Source: Octopus sinensis (Eukaryota). From it: a stretch of DNA of 64,000 nucleotides. Made by a program: the position numbers and the translations under genes. Below are positions 62,016-64,000 of this stretch, piece after piece (the first letter of the stretch is position 1; each line of letters starts with the position of its first letter). The stretch spans positions 63,116,001-63,180,000 of the forward strand of contig NC_042999.1 of NCBI RefSeq assembly GCF_006345805.1, written 5' to 3'. The notes under the pieces were generated by a model. That model was given only the letters and a program-made list of their open reading frames with translations, searched no databases and had not been told where the DNA came from.

Positions 62016-63309
62016 GTTTTAAATGCATTTAATAAGTACTAAATGCATACATAGACACATTAAATACACAAACACACACACACACACATAGCTAGGTGCA
62101 TAAAGACACATGGCGTGCACATATTCTTTCACTCTGGTTGTCTACCGAAATCCGATGACATTCACTTCATTAATGGTGAAGTTTTGATGGCTGACCAATC
62201 CTATTCTGGATCCACAAGCTACATTGGTGAGTGGATAAGCAACGGCGGTGGCAACCACATTTGCATGTTACCTAGCTTCCGTCCTGCTACCTTCAAGTTG
62301 TCCTCTCCATTTCCTATTCATAAATTTCATCACCGCTCAGCTTTCACCGAGTGGTTCGTTCGGCAGAAGTTCCATGTCAGTGGTATACTAGTGTGCCACT
62401 CACTTTACCCGCTTCATTGTTGGTGATGAGCAATAGTGCCATCTTTTCCAAATATCTGATGAACATTCTCTTTTAAATTTAAGACCGAAATGCATCAGTA
62501 ACTGCAGTAACTGGCCTATAGACATTATGTTTGCATTAAGTATGATACATAGATGGCTATTTTAATCTAAAACTGCTTCAAGTGCACATACTGGATTTTT
62601 AGTAAGCCAGGCGATTATTCGCAACATCAGTCAATGTTTTATTCACTTTTTCCAAAATCAGAGACGACGACTGGTCGTCCCATCATTATGGCTGGTTGCG
62701 TATATGCACCATTGAAAAGGCCGAAATGCATCTAACGCTCTCGCAGGTCGCTACTGGAACGAATTTTTTGATGTTATTACTTGTTTATTCATCTATGAGA
62801 AGTTATCTCAAAACAAATACTGCAGTAACTGACCATCGACAGTGTATATAATGCATAAATGGTTACTTTTTCTCTTTTTATCAAGAGAGGAAAACAGTAC
62901 CTATGATCCTTTCTAGATCTTCTAAAAGAGAGAGGAAGGGAGTTGTCCTTAAACCGGAGACAGCCCGACCGTTTGCAACAGAGTGGACTCTGCTAAAGGC
63001 ACTTAAGAGGTGCCAGGTGGTATCATTAAACGAAGCAACAGATTAAGTCTATTATTCAAAAAGGTCCTGTCGTGATACGGCACACACCCGTCCCGCTGTA
63101 ACGTTTCCGCTAGTCCACCGCCTGAGACTGGGTACTTTACTGAGCCCAGAAGAATAAAAGGCTAAGCTGACCTCGACATGATTCGAACTAGGACAGCAGC
63201 ATTAACAACATCACTCTGGGACTTATTAAACAGGCACTGACCGCCTTCAGAAGACTTCTGTGCAGTCTTTGAAAACAAGAGCCTTCGTCCTTTACCAAAA
63301 GATACTGTA

Positions 63310-63511
63310 CAGTAATCCCTCGACTATCGCGGGTGTTATGTTCCAACCCACCCACACGCGATAGATGAAAATCCGAAGTAGAAAGCACTGTATACTTTTA
63401 AATTTATTTTTATAATTTGTATGTATTTATTTTATTATAAATGCAAAACCACACCACGGAGGAATCGACGTAAGCTTACATAATAAACCGCGAAATGGCG
63501 AGGGATGACTG
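63310..63511. mobile_element. Tc1/mariner Tigger(pogo)-type MITE
   Basis: TA|CAGTAATCCCTCGACTATCGCGG ... CCGCGAAATGGCGAGGGATGACTG|TA (TIRs and TA TSD). Confidence 0.85.
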
Positions 63512-64000
63512 TATACCCAGCAGCCTGTATCATTCTCCTCTTCTCTAGTTGCGAATCTAAGGTGGGCTAGTCCTTGAATCATTTCCATACGAGCTACCTC
63601 CAGTATATTATCGGAAATATTTCCCAAAACTAACAATAAAAGTATTGAGGCCATGATTACACAACGCCAGCTGCAGCGGCAAAGGCGCGTGGTTAGGAAT
63701 TTCCTATGTCGATTACTCTGCATGGATGGTACACGGCCGGCTGCATCATGAGTGACGCTCAGCTGGAGGACTGAAAGAACACTTTAAAAATTAAATGTGT
63801 GTGTGTGCTACGTTGATCAAAGTAGATTTTACAATAAAAAGCTATCAAATTTGAAATCACAAGTCAATTTGCCACCCGCGCCAACGATGACTTGGCGCGA
63901 ATGACACTGGTGTCAATAGCTCTCGGAAGTGACACTAGATACGCTCCTAAAAGGATTGAGCCTAGATTTATTAATACATAATCATAGAAGCAAAACAAGT

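Noticed and set aside
62115-62426. 103-aa plus-strand ORF (GTG start) and a CKCGC motif on the minus strand
   Set aside because: No recognisable domain; possibly a decayed transposon remnant. Only the small minus-strand exon candidate 62272-62330 is kept, as an alternative hypothesis.

Overview
Repeat-rich eukaryotic genomic DNA, most likely an Octopus species. I infer this from the recurring tRNA-derived and RTE-tailed SINE families and the abundant (AT)n/(AAT)n/(CA)n microsatellites; no database search was possible. Most of the window is intronic or intergenic DNA. It holds dozens of SINE copies from at least four families, RTE-clade LINE fragments (163-1015, 2430-2600, 4430-5790, 19020-19270) and a 5'-truncated R4/Dong-clade retrotransposon inside an (AAT)n tract (7707-8590). 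It also holds Helitron/Helentron-type non-autonomous elements, two Mutator-type MITEs with 9-bp TSDs, hAT and Tigger MITEs, a SINE-derived nested tandem array (15.3-16.8 kb) and a 51-bp minisatellite (35.3-35.7 kb). Host genes show only as scattered exons, and I could not name any product. They are (i) a minus-strand gene in the left part (best exon 20654-20834, possible 21-nt microexon at 10969-10989), (ii) a plus-strand multi-exon candidate at about 48.4-57.2 kb downstream of an ETS/YY1-type promoter at about 47.7 kb, and (iii) a convergent minus-strand gene at about 57.6-61 kb whose large exon has a 257-codon open frame with no in-frame AUG for its first 237 codons. CpG-poor and CpG-rich domains alternate in step with these gene models. 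Most ORFs in the supplied track are SINE or microsatellite artefacts. No CRISPR, rRNA or genuine tRNA genes were found. All gene models were built by eye from splice signals and reading frames and need RNA-seq confirmation.
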